64,000 nucleotides of DNA, from contig CDPCPM010000077.1 in NCBI GenBank assembly GCA_976551045.1, positions 1,364,001 to 1,428,000 of the forward strand, given 5' to 3'. The DNA comes from Glaucostegus cemiculus (taxonomy: Eukaryota). Each line of letters opens with the position of its first letter. Position 1 is the first letter of the stretch. The position numbers were made by a program, and so were the translations under genes. The notes beneath the pieces were generated by a model, which was not told the origin of the DNA, ran no database searches, and saw only the letters and a list, made by a program, of their open reading frames with translations. Shown here piece by piece: positions 11,433 through 24,800 of this stretch.

Positions 11433-11770
11433 AGTGGCACACTGGTACAGTAGATGGTACTCTTTCCTCACACCTCCAGTGACCTGTGTTCACTCCTGAC
11501 CTAGGGGGCTGTCTGTATGGAGTCTGCACGTTATCTCCATGGCTGCTCCAGTTTCTTCCCACATCCCAATGAAGGAGGTTAATTGGCTATTGTAAATGAC
11601 CTCTTAGTGTAGGTTAATGTCAAAAGGAATTGAAGGTGACTTGATGGGTATACGTAAGAGAGACTAAATTATAGGGGTGCTGAGAACTAAGGTGAGGGGA
11701 AATCAGAACATTGGTATTGCTCCACTGAGAGCTGTCATGGATCTGATTGACCTAATAATGTCTTTCAATG
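11433..11770 (+). mobile_element. Decayed V-SINE
   Basis: gtggcaca head, then ctgtctgtatggagtctgcacgtt..ctcc..gtttcttcccacatccc V-domain. Confidence 0.6.
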
Positions 11771-12769
11771 TCACTGTGAGGTTTGCCAAGTGAAGCATTA
11801 GCTTGTATTTGTCAGCATCCTGAATTACTATCTGCACAGTTTCAATATTGGGGAATTTTTTAAAAAAATAAAAACAAAAAAAAGTTGGAAATATTCAGAG
11901 AGAAACCAAGTTAGGATTTCTGTTTGATTACCTTTTAATCTGTTGAAAGATCATCAACTTGAAATGTTAACTCTGTTTCTCTCTCCACAGATACTGCCCG
12001 ACCTGCTGAGTATCTCCAGCACTTTTTGTTTTTATTTCAGATTTTCAGTTTTTGATTATAGGTTTTTACTTGATCATAATAATAAAAAAAATCACCAATT
12101 ATTCATAACTAGGAAGTTACCCTGTAATGAGTAGTTCTGTCTGCCCCAGTGATAATCCCTGTGGTGTCCTGGGCCACATTGAGATGCTTTGGGATACTGA
12201 CCAGTAGGGGGAGTGAGACAGCAGAAAAAGCAACACATGTCAGATGTGGTCTGAATCCAAATAGATAAGATTTGGATAAGAGCCTTTGTGATAATAAATT
12301 ACTTTTCGAAATTTTGACTGGTGGTTGTCTGCAGGTACTGTAAGTACGCAGAGTGACCACAGTTAGATTTGTTGCCTCAGTGCTTTTCTTCAGTGTCACT
12401 GTATAAATTCCATCAATTATCAGCTAGTATGATCATTTACTCCAATTTAAATGCTTTGCTTCACTCTACAACCACGCACAGTTAAATGGTTTGTGATCCA
12501 TCTCATCCTACTTCGTTCTAACTTTCATTCTTAGTATTCCGCCAGTGTTGTTCTCTGCAACTGTCTCTGGGAGATCCCACCCAGAAACACGGATTCATCA
12601 GTTTTTCCTTTAACTTCCTGTGCCACTTGTAATGCTGATCTGACCTTTGTATCTCAGTTCCTTTGGGAAAAAATTATAGGAAGTCCTCAAACAGTTATAA
12701 AGACAGAAAAACGGTGAAACTCTCAGCAGCACAGCCAGCATCTGTGGAAAGAGAAATAGAGTTAATGTG

Positions 12770-13172
12770 GAATTGGAATTTCGGTTTATTATTGTGACAT
12801 GTACTGAGGTACAGTGAAAAACTTGTCTTTCATACTGTTCATACAGATCAATTCATTACACAGTGCACTGAGGTAATACAAGGTCAAACAAATCAGAATG
12901 TAGAATAAAGTTTAACAGCTACAGAAAAAGTGTAGTACAGGTAGACAATAAGGTGCAAGCTCATTACGAGGTAGATTGTGAGGTCAAGAGTCCATCATAT
13001 CATAAGATAAGATATATTTATTAGTCATATGTACATTGAAACACATAGTGAAATGCATCTTTTGCATAGAGTGTTCTGGGGGCAGCCCACAAGTGTCGCC
13101 ACGCTTCCGGTGCCAAGGGAACCGTTGAATAGTCCTATAACAGCGGGATAGAAGCTGTCCTTGAGCCTGGTG
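12770..13172 (-). mobile_element. Rex1/Babar 3' end with nested SINE tail (about 13003-13116)
   Basis: Reverse complement of the Rex1 3' UTR at 21600-21820 and 35380-35590. Interrupted by the ataagat...gggggcagccc...gtgtcgccacgcttccggtgccaa SINE end. Confidence 0.65.
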
Positions 13173-13195
13173 TAAATCAAATCAATGTAAATTAA

Positions 13196-13257
13196 AAATC
13201 AGAGTTACTGTTTCGGTTTGAAGACCCTTTGTCAGTGCTATTCTGTTGGTCAAATGA
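13196..13257 (+). repeat. Left arm of 62-bp inverted repeat (partner 15828-15889)
   Basis: 60/62 identical to the reverse complement of 15828-15889. Confidence 0.9.
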
Positions 13258-13519
13258 AAGTGGTATTCCCAACAAAAAAAAGGTCCCTTGACTTCTTTTA
13301 GGGTGCCTTTATGCCAGAACTACTGACCAATGACTAGTCTCTGCCTGTTGCAGTGCACAGCTGCACATTATTGTTGGCAGTAGTATTCTGTACACATGAT
13401 TCCTAGAAGAATGAGAGAACATTAATACACCTAGAGGGCTTGAAAGAAGACGGAGGATGTTTCCCATGGCTGAAGAGGCTTTTCGATAGGGACATGAACA
13501 TACAGGTAACAGAGGAGTT

Positions 13520-13995
13520 TCTTGCAAATTTTTACAGATATACAGTGGAGAGCATTCTGACTGGTTCCATCACCACCTGGTACAGAGGCTCAAATGTGCA
13601 GGATCGCAAAAGGCTGCAGAGGGTTGTAGACTCAGCTAGCTCCATCACAGACACAACCCTCCCCAACATTGAGGACATCTTCAAGAGGCGATGCCTCTAG
13701 AGGGTGGCATCCATCACTAAGGAACCTCACCCTCTGGGACATGCCCTCTTCTTGAGTGTGGAACCTGAAGACCCAAACTCAACGATTCAGGAACAGCTTC
13801 TTCCCCTCCGCCATCAGATTTCTGAAGGATCCATGAACCCATGAACACTACCTCGTTATCCCTTTTTTTGCAGTATTTATTTGCTTATTTTGTAACTTAT
13901 AGTAACTTCATGTCTTTGCACTGTACTGCTACCGCAGAACAACAAACTTCATGACATATAAGTCATGTAAGTGATAATAAACCTGATTCTGATTG
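13520..13995 (+). mobile_element. Rex1/Babar LINE 3' fragment
   Basis: NFYRYTVESILTGSITTWY...DRKRLQRVV (DUF1891-like), ending aataaacctgattctgatt. Confidence 0.85.
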
Positions 13996-14324
13996 TAATA
14001 CGAACCATGTGAAGGTGGAAGGGATTAGTTTAATTTGGCATCGTGGGTCAAAGGTCCTGTTCCTGTGCTGTAATATTTCATGTTCTGAATGCTTTAATAT
14101 TTTCATCCTGACCAACCAACACCTGCTGTGACAGGTGAACACTGCCCTACAGTCTTTGTGTAATGCTAGTTGAGTAGTCATAGTACAGGTCTCACTATTA
14201 CATCCTAAATTTACAGTGTCCTGTGTTGACACTTTCCTTGTCTGACATTTCAAACAAGGGTGGGATCTATTCACAGTTCATTTCAATGTCCAGGTTTATT
14301 GTTCTGCAATTATTCAGTAGAGTC

Positions 14325-14580
14325 AGAGAGTGTAGAGTTGTACAGTGTAGAAACAGGCCCTTCGGTCCATCGCGTCCATGCCAACCATCATGCCTATCTA
14401 TACTAATCCCACTTGCCTGCATTAGTTCCATATCCCTCTGTGCCTTGTTCATTCAAGTACCTGTCAAGACGTCTCTTAAATGTTGTTACTGTTCCTGTCA
14501 CCATCACCTTCTCTGGCACCTCATTCCAGGTACCAACTTCTATATGTGTGAATAATTTACCCCTCTGATCCCCTTTAAAC
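14325..14580 (-). mobile_element. CR1 3' end fragment
   Basis: acaggcccttcggtcca...ctaatcccacttgcctgca...tctcttaaatgttg, shared with the other CR1 tails. Confidence 0.7.
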
Positions 14581-15094
14581 CTCCTTTAAAAATGCTAAAT
14601 CCAATTAGTCAAAATCCATGCCTGAGGCTTGACAACAAAACATGTTGAAAGACTAATAAAGAAATCACCAGACAGTTGGACCAGGGCTGCCCAGTTGAGG
14701 AAGGAATTACTGGCCGTTCATCTCAGTGTCTGATAGTTTTGAGGGCTGGAAGGGGAGTTCTGTGTTCATTGGAATGAGAGATGCTGCTGCTGGAATTCCT
14801 AGTGCTGGGCACATGCTGGAAGAATAATCTGTTGACACTGGGCAGGTCAGGTTTGATGGGCCAAACTATTCTCTTCTTCAGGCCTGTTCACCTATTGGTG
14901 AAGGACCTGGACCAGTAATACAGGATACCATTTGCTGAAAACAAGTTCAGAGAAGATGGCAGCAGTGTATGGCAAGCATAGATTTTAACCGATTGTCAGA
15001 GGTGAGGATGATAATGATTAGACTACAGAGTCTGAACACCTTGGAAGTAATTAATTGCAGAAGAAAGCCTAATTAGTGTTGATTTCAACTCTGG

Positions 15095-15308
15095 GTGATA
15101 TTTGACTTGGGTTCTTGGTTCACTGGTATATAATAATAACCTGTGACCTTTGACTCGGGTTTTTGGTTCACTAATGTATAATATTAGTCTCTGAACTTTG
15201 ACCTGGATTCTTAGTTTACTTGTCTAGAGTATTAGCCTCTAATCTTTGACTTGATTGTTTAGTTCACCGGCTTATAGTATTGGCCTCTGACCTTTGACTT
15301 GGGTTCTC
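15095..15308. repeat. 48-bp minisatellite, about 4.4 copies
   Basis: tttgac anchors at 15101, 15149, 15197, 15245 and 15293, an exact 48-nt period. Units are diverged. Confidence 0.9.
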
Positions 15309-15827
15309 ATCTATGATTGGTAAACACTAGGGTTATAAAATGGAGGCCCAGTGGCCTTTATGTGTCCATCTGGGGAGGTGCTAATATTGATTCTAGCTTT
15401 GTAAAGTAAGATGATTGAGATTATTTTTGTGCTTTTATTATTCATTGAAACAAATTCTATAATTCCCATTTTTTTAATGGTTTGTGAGCAGAATACTTGA
15501 TTAGTTATGGAAATCAGATGTTTCTCATGGCAGTTGAATTATGTCTTTGGGTTTTGAAGGAGAATTGAGGTTGCAGTTATTTCTTTGGCATTTTATCTAG
15601 GATCAACTTAAATGGGCTAATACATTGGACCCTGACAATTGGAGGTCCATTAGTCTCTTATCAATGGCATGTAAATTAAAGGAAACTGTTCCAAATGGCA
15701 GCTTGGAGGACCAGGGTGGGAATAACATGAGTTGGCCGATACAGATTTAGAAGGTAAATCACCTGGATAATTTCATTAATGTAATTACAAATAAAACTGA
15801 TAGTGGACTGTCCAAAATTTAGTTAAA

Positions 15828-15889
15828 TCATTTGACCAACAGAATAGCACTGACAAAGGGTCTTCAAAATGAAACAGTAACTCTGATTT
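15828..15889 (-). repeat. Right arm of 62-bp inverted repeat
   Basis: See 13196-13257. Confidence 0.9.
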
Positions 15890-16086
15890 AGTTAATGTGA
15901 ATATTGATGAAATGTTTGATCAGTTCCACATAAGCTTAATAGGTAAAATTGCAATAGTCTGACATGCTTAGGACTTTGGTGGTGTTGGATTGGCAGACTT
16001 TCTGAACTATTGTATATTATACTAACACACTTCAAATTTCCTTTTTTCAGAGGTTACTCAGTATTATAATAAATTATCCAGTGAAT

Positions 16087-16320
16087 CTGGTGAGTTTTAG
16101 GGGAATGTGGAAACTAGGGCCCTGGTGGGTTTGTCAGTATGGGAAGTGGGAGCCTAGTGAACTTCAGTGGATTGCAGGAACTGAGTCCTGGTGAGTTTCA
16201 GGGCAATGTATGAATCAGTGCCCCAGTGAGTTTCAGGGGAAATGTGTGAACTGGGACCCTGGTGGGTTTCAGTGGATTGCAGGTACCAAGGCCCTATGAG
16301 TTTCATGGGAGTGTGGGAGA
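16087..16320. repeat. About 35-bp degenerate minisatellite, about 7 copies
   Basis: Units resemble ctggtgagtttcaggggaatgtgtgaactgggcc. Confidence 0.85.
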
Positions 16321-17619
16321 CATAACCTGTGAGCCAGATGTAGCACCATCGGGAGTCAGAGAGCAGATTATTGAAGTTTTGCTGGCAATGGAAGATACAA
16401 AATTGAACAGGATTAAAACAAATGCATTAAAAAAAATGAAAACTTGACTGAGGAGGGATGTCAGTATGTGGTGAGATTTCAATGGAGACCTGCAGGGGTC
16501 AGTACATGAATGTCTGTTCCTGCTAATTTGCGTGTATACACTGTTTATCAATACAAAATCTACCAATAACACAGAAACAGAGAGAGCAGTCAAGCCATAA
16601 ATTGCAGCAAAAGATTTCCTGAGGAATTCAACTTTGTTGCACACATAGGCAGAAGAATTGTTTGAATGAAGCTAATTACTACTGTAAAACGTTGCTCCAG
16701 ATCTTTGAAGAATGATACAAGGAAGACAAATAAAGGAATGGGGACTGATGTAAAAATTGTGTAGAAATTCTGTTGAGGATTGCAATGTTTTTGTTTGCTG
16801 TTCAATAGACATGATAGACCAAATATGTGATTGATTACTCAGTGCTCCCATGGCATACTTCCAGCAGTTTGTTCTGAATACCCCAGGCACAAGGCATTCA
16901 CCTGAACGGAAGCCTCTGGGTGTGCATATTGAAGGAAGTCTGGCTTTAATGTCAGTTGAGCATACTCTGCACAATTAGATTCAGGCCTTGCACATTGAAT
17001 CAGGCCTTGACTGGGGTTTACTGTGCACCTCTCCAAATGGGTCCCTGCTGGATTGTTCAGCTTCTACCAGCTGTGTTCTTCTTTGGATTTTTAAAAAATC
17101 ATTCCCTTTCATTTTCATGCTGGTGGTGTCCTCTGCCACCTCCCTCCACCCCCAACACCCCCCACCTCCTCTGATTGTCTTTCTAATTGATTCTCTGCTA
17201 ATCCCCTCTCTTACTGATTTTTTTTTTGTCCACCACAACACCACCATCTACCTTCCACTTACCTAATATCTCCATGAGTTCCAATCTCTACAGTGCTGGG
17301 AGTTTGCTGATGGAAGGCCGTTGAACGAGGTATTGACTGTAGGACGTGGTGCTTTGGACCCTGTGCAGAGAGAAGTATTGATGTCAGGGGAACCTTGCAA
17401 AGTTTGATCTGGGCCCCTACTTGTTGTCGCTTTAACACACCTTTCTTGGCAGCTTAAGACTTCTAGCTTGATTTGATTAAGCAATTAACTACCCAAATGC
17501 TAAGATGTCTAATAAAACTGGACTGGAGATAATGCTGAGGAGTTTGCATTGTTCAGTCCAAATGGTTTGTAGTATTAGAACTCTCTCTTTTAAACTTCTG
17601 TGCTGCCCAGTTTAATTCT

Positions 17620-18240
17620 ACAAATCTGAAAGAGGTACAAGAATGACGTGATTTGGAGTGAATGTGTATTGTTAATTGAAAGCCGCAGATCAGGCCAAGA
17701 AAGTGGTTATAAAAGCATAAGGAAGCCTGAGCTTTATAAATGGAGACACAGTTTAAGACCAAGGAAGTCATAATGAATATTCATGAAACACTGGTTTGGC
17801 TATAACTGGAGTACTGTGTACAGTTCTAGGCATCACACATTGAGAAATATGTGAAGGCTTTAGATGGTGCAGAAGAGGTTTTTAGAATGATTTGATTCCA
17901 GTGATGAGAAGCTGGAGTTCTCCTTGGAACAGAAGAGGTTAGGAGGGAATCTGATCGAGATACTTAAAATCATGTTGGGCCTAGGCCGTGTAGTGAGAGA
18001 GAAACTATTACTTTGGCAGGAAGGTTAAAAACAGAGGGCACAGAATGAAGGTGATGGACAGAACTACTAAACTCTCTCATGCTACAAGTGGTTTGAATAC
18101 ATTTCAAGCGATGGTGCTGGAGGTAGATTTAACCTTGGCTATGTACTTGAAAAGAAAGAGCTTGCAGGGCTGTGGAGAGGGGTCGGAGGATTGTTATCTC
18201 ACTGGATCACCCTTATGGATTCAATGGGCCAGATGATCTC
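17620..18240 (+). mobile_element. Old CR1 3' fragment
   Basis: Decayed KTLV..LEYCVQF, SLEQRRL.G.LIE..KIM segments. Confidence 0.7.
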
Positions 18241-21200
18241 CTTCCATTAGAGAAAATGTTGGTTTAAAATAGGGAAAGAGGCAGCTCTGGGATTAAGAAT
18301 CCACTCTGGAATTCCCCTTTGAGAAGGTGATGGCAATGACCTCAGTTTTAAAATGGTATTTAAGGACTGGGGGAATTAAAATGAGCTCTGTTGAATTTCC
18401 TGGTTGAGAATAGTTTTATTTTTGCCAAACCAGAAAGTCTTGAGGATTTAAAATCTGATGTTTTCCCTTCCTAAACCTATGTATGTCGCAGTAAGATTTT
18501 TGACAGTGTGGGAGGAGCTAAATGGATCTAATGAACTGGGTGTGAACAACAGCTTTGGATAATATGCAAAATGTATACATCTCCCAAAAATCAAGGGTGC
18601 CACAGCCTCTGATAAAATGCACATAGTTTCCATCTTTCTCATTAACAGACACTCTGCTGGAACACAGTCTGTCATCACAGCCAGCATTATAAAGAGGCTA
18701 TAATCTCTAATATTTACTCTTTTTCTCCACCCACCCCTCCAATCCAACTAAAGTCATTCAGATCATAACCATTCTCCTCTATTTTGAGGGAGTCACGTCT
18801 CTGAATCATTTGGAGGAGGATGTTTGAGGCTAGAGGCTTTGCCTAGTGGGTTCTTTTTGACCCATTCAGGTACTTTGCCCCTTGCCCCAGAAGAAGCGAG
18901 TGAGTGTTGGTCCCGAGTCGAGCAATTCCACCTCGATGGCCTTGGCTACAAATCATCCTGTGAATAAGTGTCACAGCAACAGGTAACCATTTTGAATGGG
19001 CAATGGAAAGAATTTGGTGACCTCTTGTTGACTTGGCACAAGAAGCACAATTGTCTTTGGAGGAAATAGGAACCACATACTTTCCTTCTTGAGGTAAAAT
19101 TGGAGAAGCATCTCGATGAGGGAGAAGACTAATTCCGTACACCCGATGTTATTTAAAGATTTTTGTTTGTGAGTGAAACAATCCTGAAGCTAAAGATGGG
19201 GTGTGGTTTTTTTAATCCCAGTTGTGAACCTGTGTGCTGAGTGGAATATGGAACAGAGGTCGAGAAAACAGGTCCAGCTCTTAAAGGGTTAAATTTGAGA
19301 CAGAGTCTGGATTATTTACTTGGAGAGTGATTATTACCTGGATTCAGGAATGGTGTTTGAACCCAGGGTCCCAGAACAGAAGCAGCTGGATTCAGCCACC
19401 GTACAACTGTTGAGCTGTTATTTTGGATAGTGTGGTCCCACTGAGGTTCTGAATCTGTCCCGTGATCTTGTCAATTCGGATAGAGCCTGCCCTCTGACAC
19501 AGCCCAAGCAACAATGACAGTGGACTGCCACGGCAGTCTCTTGTGTGGCTGAGGAGAGCTGTGGCAGAGTTAGAAAGAGAAAGCTTGTGATGCCAAATAT
19601 CTGGCAGGTGACAGAAGCCTGGGGCAGTTTTCTTTCTGGTCTCTTTAATCCATGCATGGGTATATCTCTATAGACAGGCTGTAGAGAGGACAGAAACTCA
19701 GCAAGGTAGGATGTTTTGACAAGACGGGACAATAAGTTCAAGCAGAGGCTAAGCAGCTTATGTGAAAAGAAGTATAAAGTTTTCTGGAATTATGTAAATT
19801 AGAGGCAGTGGGCCTGTAATGAAAACTCCCCACACTGCAGGATTGTGAGAGATGTCACGGCTGCACCAAGAAACTGTCTGCTTTCTCACATGCTTTGTTT
19901 TTAAATAGTGTGATATTAAAAGGCTAAACTTTATCCCTGAGCATTGATCTACAGACATTGCAAGCCAGCTTCCACCAGCAATGGGCAACAATTGCCATGC
20001 CAGTAGGATACCTCTTAACCTGCCTCTACTTTCGAACCTGCTCTCTCTACAGATGCCGCATTTTTTCCCCACTAACCATGATAAGAAAGCAACAGCTGCA
20101 AACTTCTTTCCTCTGGGAACTTGGATGGCTTTTTATAGAAAGCGAGGCAAATCATTAATGCATCGTGTCCACACACTTGACTTCTGTCATGAATTTTCGT
20201 ACTGTCCTCATTACTTGTGAAATGTCTGCCATGGAGGACAGGTCAATATAAAGAGGCTTTCTATTGCCTGTTGTCATTCCATCAAGCCTCATCTCATCTA
20301 ATAGCTTTCAGTAAACAAACTAATATTTTTAAGGGTCAAATCTTTCCTCATTGAGCAATAGGGCATTAGGATGACATTTCAGTGGTGAGTAAATGAGCTG
20401 CACTCTTCCTGTAATGGATCTCACAGAAAGATGGCACCATTTGCCAATGTTCAATGGGTCAAAGCCCATTAAGCTGAATGATGTCAATCTGTCAGATTCG
20501 ATGAGTGCAGTACATTTCAGAAGTCAATTAATTGATAAGTTTAATGAAAAGTCATCTGTTTGGATTATTAATGTTTTATTGTATATTTTTCCCTGTTCTG
20601 ATTATGACTATATATTCAGTGCAATAATTTGCCAGACAAAGAGCAACATTTTTGAAAGACAAAATGCATGATGTAAAAATTGTATAATTTGTTTTTCTTG
20701 TGACTGCAGCTTATCTGATGCTCTGTGCCTGTGATGCTGCTGTAAGTTTTTCATTGCACCTGTGCATACACATACTTGTGCATATGACAATAAACTCGAC
20801 TCTCAACTTTCAAGTCATAAAATATTAATTTCTTTTTTTCCTTCCTTTGATTTATTTGATTAGGTGACAAGAGTTAGTGTTTTCAGTTGACTCTTCCTAC
20901 GTTTTAAAAGCTAAAAGGAGTTGTGCGAGTCCATGTTGAGATATTAAATCAAATTTCTTTTTCCAAGTGGGAGATTTTATCCCTCAATTATCGTTGCACT
21001 GGCTCAGCTGGTGACCCTCTCTCTGCTCGCTCAGTACGCCACAGATCAGGTCCTTGGCATTTGATCACGGTTGATAATACCAAGGATTGCTGCAGTGTTA
21101 AAGTGACCACCTCCTTTGTGAATGGTGAAGCCAAGGCCTCCCTTGCTTGTTCAGAGGAGAACAGAGAGAGCTCGCACAGTGAAGGTCACCGTCTTCCTTT

Positions 21201-21434
21201 GTGTTAATCATACAATGCAACAAATACATGAACTCAGTGCCATCAAGTTCAAGAATTTTGCAAACATCCATGCACATGAGGTAGTTTTGTTTCTTGGCTA
21301 CGGAAACCAAGTGGTATTGGTGAAGCAGGTAGGTGCCCACCTTTGGCTGCACTTGAGTCAATCCCACCCACTTTAGCACTGAGTTAGTTGCCTGAGCAAA
21401 CAGTGATCCACTTTTCCAGTTGATAGCTGATTGG

Positions 21435-21820
21435 GATTATTCAAGATCCCTCCCACCCTGGACATTCCCTCTTCTTCCCCCTTCCATCAGGCAGAAGATA
21501 CAAAAGCTTGAAAATGAGCACTGCCAGGCTCAAGGACTGCTTCTATCCTGCTGTTATAAGACTCTTGAACAGACCTTTTGTATGATAAAGATGGACTCTT
21601 GACCTCACAATCTACCTCATCATAGCCTTTACACCTTATTGTCTACCTGCATTACATTTTCTCTGTAACTGTAACACTATATTCTGCATTCTGTTATTGC
21701 TTTTCCCCTGTACTACCTCAAAGCACGTGTTTTGGAATGATCTGTATGGCTGGCTTGCAAAAGTAGATTTTTCACTGTATATCGTCACAAGTAAAAATAA
21801 TAAACCAATTCCAATTCCAT
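21435..21820 (+). mobile_element. Rex1/Babar 3' fragment
   Basis: HPGH...LPSGRRY.SL region, plus a 3' UTR ending aataaaccaattccaattcc. Confidence 0.75.
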
Positions 21821-24800
21821 TGTTGGCTTTTCGTGGACTGGACTCTCCCTCTGGGCAGTACAACAGCATTGCTAAATCTGTTTAAAAGCATAAATAATCT
21901 TAATTTGACTTGAAGAAAAAGGTAACATGTGAAACACATGGAGCAGTCAGTAGATTGGGAGGGACTCTCTTGTGCTGAATGCAGTCAGGGGCATCATCTT
22001 CTGTTTCATACTCTGTGTTGTATGCTTCACTGCACTGGGAGCTCCAGTTCATTGCTTATTGCTCGAATATTAGAAACAAATTACTTTAGTCTGTAAATTA
22101 CCCTTGGTGATATTAATGAATGTTTAACAAGACCCGATTACATATCTCAGTATGCTAACGTAATGAGACTTTAACCTACTTAATGTACTCTATGCACCTC
22201 TCTCAGTATCAGCAACTGCAATCTTCAGCTTTAGAAGTAAGTGCTGATCATTGCAAGTCCATGTTCCTGGAGTTCTCTTCCACACTTCTTCATAAATTGG
22301 CTTCTGGAAACAGTTATGCTTCAGATTGCCTATGACTTGAACCAACCGGAAAAACCCTAATCACCACTGCAGTTTAGTAACACTACAACTACTTTGATAA
22401 TTTTGCACTAAAATGGACTTTGGTATTTTTTTTTGTACTAATTGACTTTTGTTCTTGCAAAAATTGTGGGTAATTTGTGTTTTTCTTGTGAATGCTGCTT
22501 ATATGATACTGTGTGTTTGTGATGCTGTTGCAAGTAAGTTTTTTTTACCTTGCACCTGTGCACACAGGTACTTGTACTTGTGCATGTGACAATAAACTCG
22601 ACTTTGACATTGGCTTTGACTGCTCTTTCATTGGCATGTACTGCAGCTCTGACGTTTCTGATGGGACGACTTAATTGAAGGATTGCCTCATTGGTGGCAT
22701 TCCACTTATCAAGAATCCCTCTTTTCTCCACCAGGTGTTGATCTATTGGACTTCTTGCAGGGGGATGGGGTGAGGAAAGCTGGAACTCAACCTTGACTCC
22801 GCAGGTCGGTAGGTTTTAACCCACAACCTAATTAGATGCTTATTTCAGAGCAATGTGGGATGAGGTGAACCAGGATGATACAGCCTGTCAGAAATAGATT
22901 TAATATTGTGAGTAGGAAGACTAATACATTCTGCAACATGAAGTATGAATGACTTTGTGATACATTTAGTTATGTGATCCAAGAGCATTGCAGTAGGTTT
23001 GGACGTCAGCATTTTTTTAAAGATTCTGTTAAAGAATTCACTTTATTTTAGGCTGGACTCTGCTGTATTGCAGGTGATGTTGTCACCAACCTAAGAGCAG
23101 AAATGTTCACCCACAAGTAGGGATTTTGATCACCATCTCTGAAATCCTAATAGGAGGAATTGATTTTTAAAAAGTACTACAAAGGTTGTGCTTTGCCCCA
23201 CTTATCTGTCCCTTCAATGTAATTTCTCCTGTCCTTGCCCAGATATATATCTCGTCATTGAAGTACAGTGTGCATTGTGCACAGCCTTCTACGTTCTATT
23301 TTATCTAAGCTGTAGACTGAACTCTCCTCTTGAGCAAGTCAGTTCTCTGAATTGATTCCTGGGATAAGGAGCTTTGTTCTTAGTGAGATTGATACTAGTA
23401 ACTGGAATTTAGACTGAGAGGTGATCGTTGCAGTCTTTCTCAGGGTTAGCATACCTTTAAGGACTGAGAATAATGTATAGTATGACATCTAATGCTCTGT
23501 TGTACACCCCTCTCCAACTGCTTTAGGTTGTGAGTTGTCTGCCTTTACATTAGTTGCTCTATCTCTATTATGAACCTTATAAAGCAGCAGTGCCAAAGAG
23601 TCTACAATCAGTGCACTGGCAACAAGTTCAGGATGTTGCTGCTTGAGGGAGTCACAGGGTGGTGATTATGTTCAATTTACATAGAGAACAGGACTCTCTA
23701 GGAAGACTTGTGTTGGAAATAGTGGTGAGCTGGGGGAATATGAGTGGTGTAAGTTATTTGCCCTGTGTAGGAAATGAGTGGAGATGTACCGAGAGTGAAT
23801 AAGACTGTCAAAGTTCTGCAAGAAGAGGAAGATGACATTGTTGCTGGTGCTAGGGCCCAAGGCACATGACGGGTAGGTGAGTCAAATAACATCAGAAACA
23901 AAATCCCCAAAGAGGACATAGTGAAAACCTTGTCGGGTCATGTCATGGGGGAAATGACCTGTTGGGATGCCAGTGGAGATAGATGGGTTTATTTTCCTGT
24001 GGTAGTTATCATTGTCTTAGATAGGTTTGAGGAACATGGGCTGAGAGATTTTTGCCTTTGAAGGGACCCTACCATTTGGTAGTGAAGAGATCCATGAGTT
24101 ACTGGGGTGCTCCAGCCCTACCCAAACTAGTCATTTGGACTTGAGAGGTGCCATCCAGCCTACAGCTGACAGAGTCTGCCAGACTAGTGTGACAGGTTGT
24201 AGCTCCAATGAAATAATCATGGGGAAACAAGAGACTGGCTACCAAACTGCTAACTGGGCTGGCAAGAGAAATCCTAATCCAAGATGAGGGTGCAGTAAAG
24301 GTAGCCACAGCCTTCATGAAGGCAAGCGTGGGTTAAGGTGTACCAACCCCATTGCAGATGAGGAAGTGACCACAGCTAGAGGTATAAATTTGTATCATGG
24401 CCTCTGTGCTCCAGCTAATGAGACCAGAATCTCATATGTTGCCTTTACCACCATTATCTACCTGTGAACCACCTTTAGGGATCTGTGGACTTGTACACTA
24501 AGGTCCTGCTGTTTCTCCATACTCCCTACAGGCCCACCATTCATGGTGTATGTGATCATTGAGATATCCCAAAATACATCACCTTGTACTTATCAGGATT
24601 AAATTCCACCAGCCATTTCTCTCCCCAGAATTGTTCTGTAACCTAACATTAATCCTCCTCACTATCAACTATTTAGCATTCATTTTTGGTTACTCTAGGG
24701 AACTGAAGTTCAACATCAGACAATATTCAGCGAGGAGAAAGGTGACAGGAGAATGACACCTGATGAGGGCAGGACACTCCCTGTCCCTTCACCTTCCCAT

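Noticed and set aside
15095-16320. Periodic arrays as CRISPR
   Set aside because: Whole units are homologous with no unique spacers, there are no cas genes, and the DNA is vertebrate.
23560-24400. Purine-rich stretch as a decayed retroviral or Gypsy ORF
   Set aside because: No convincing protein motif in any frame I could read.
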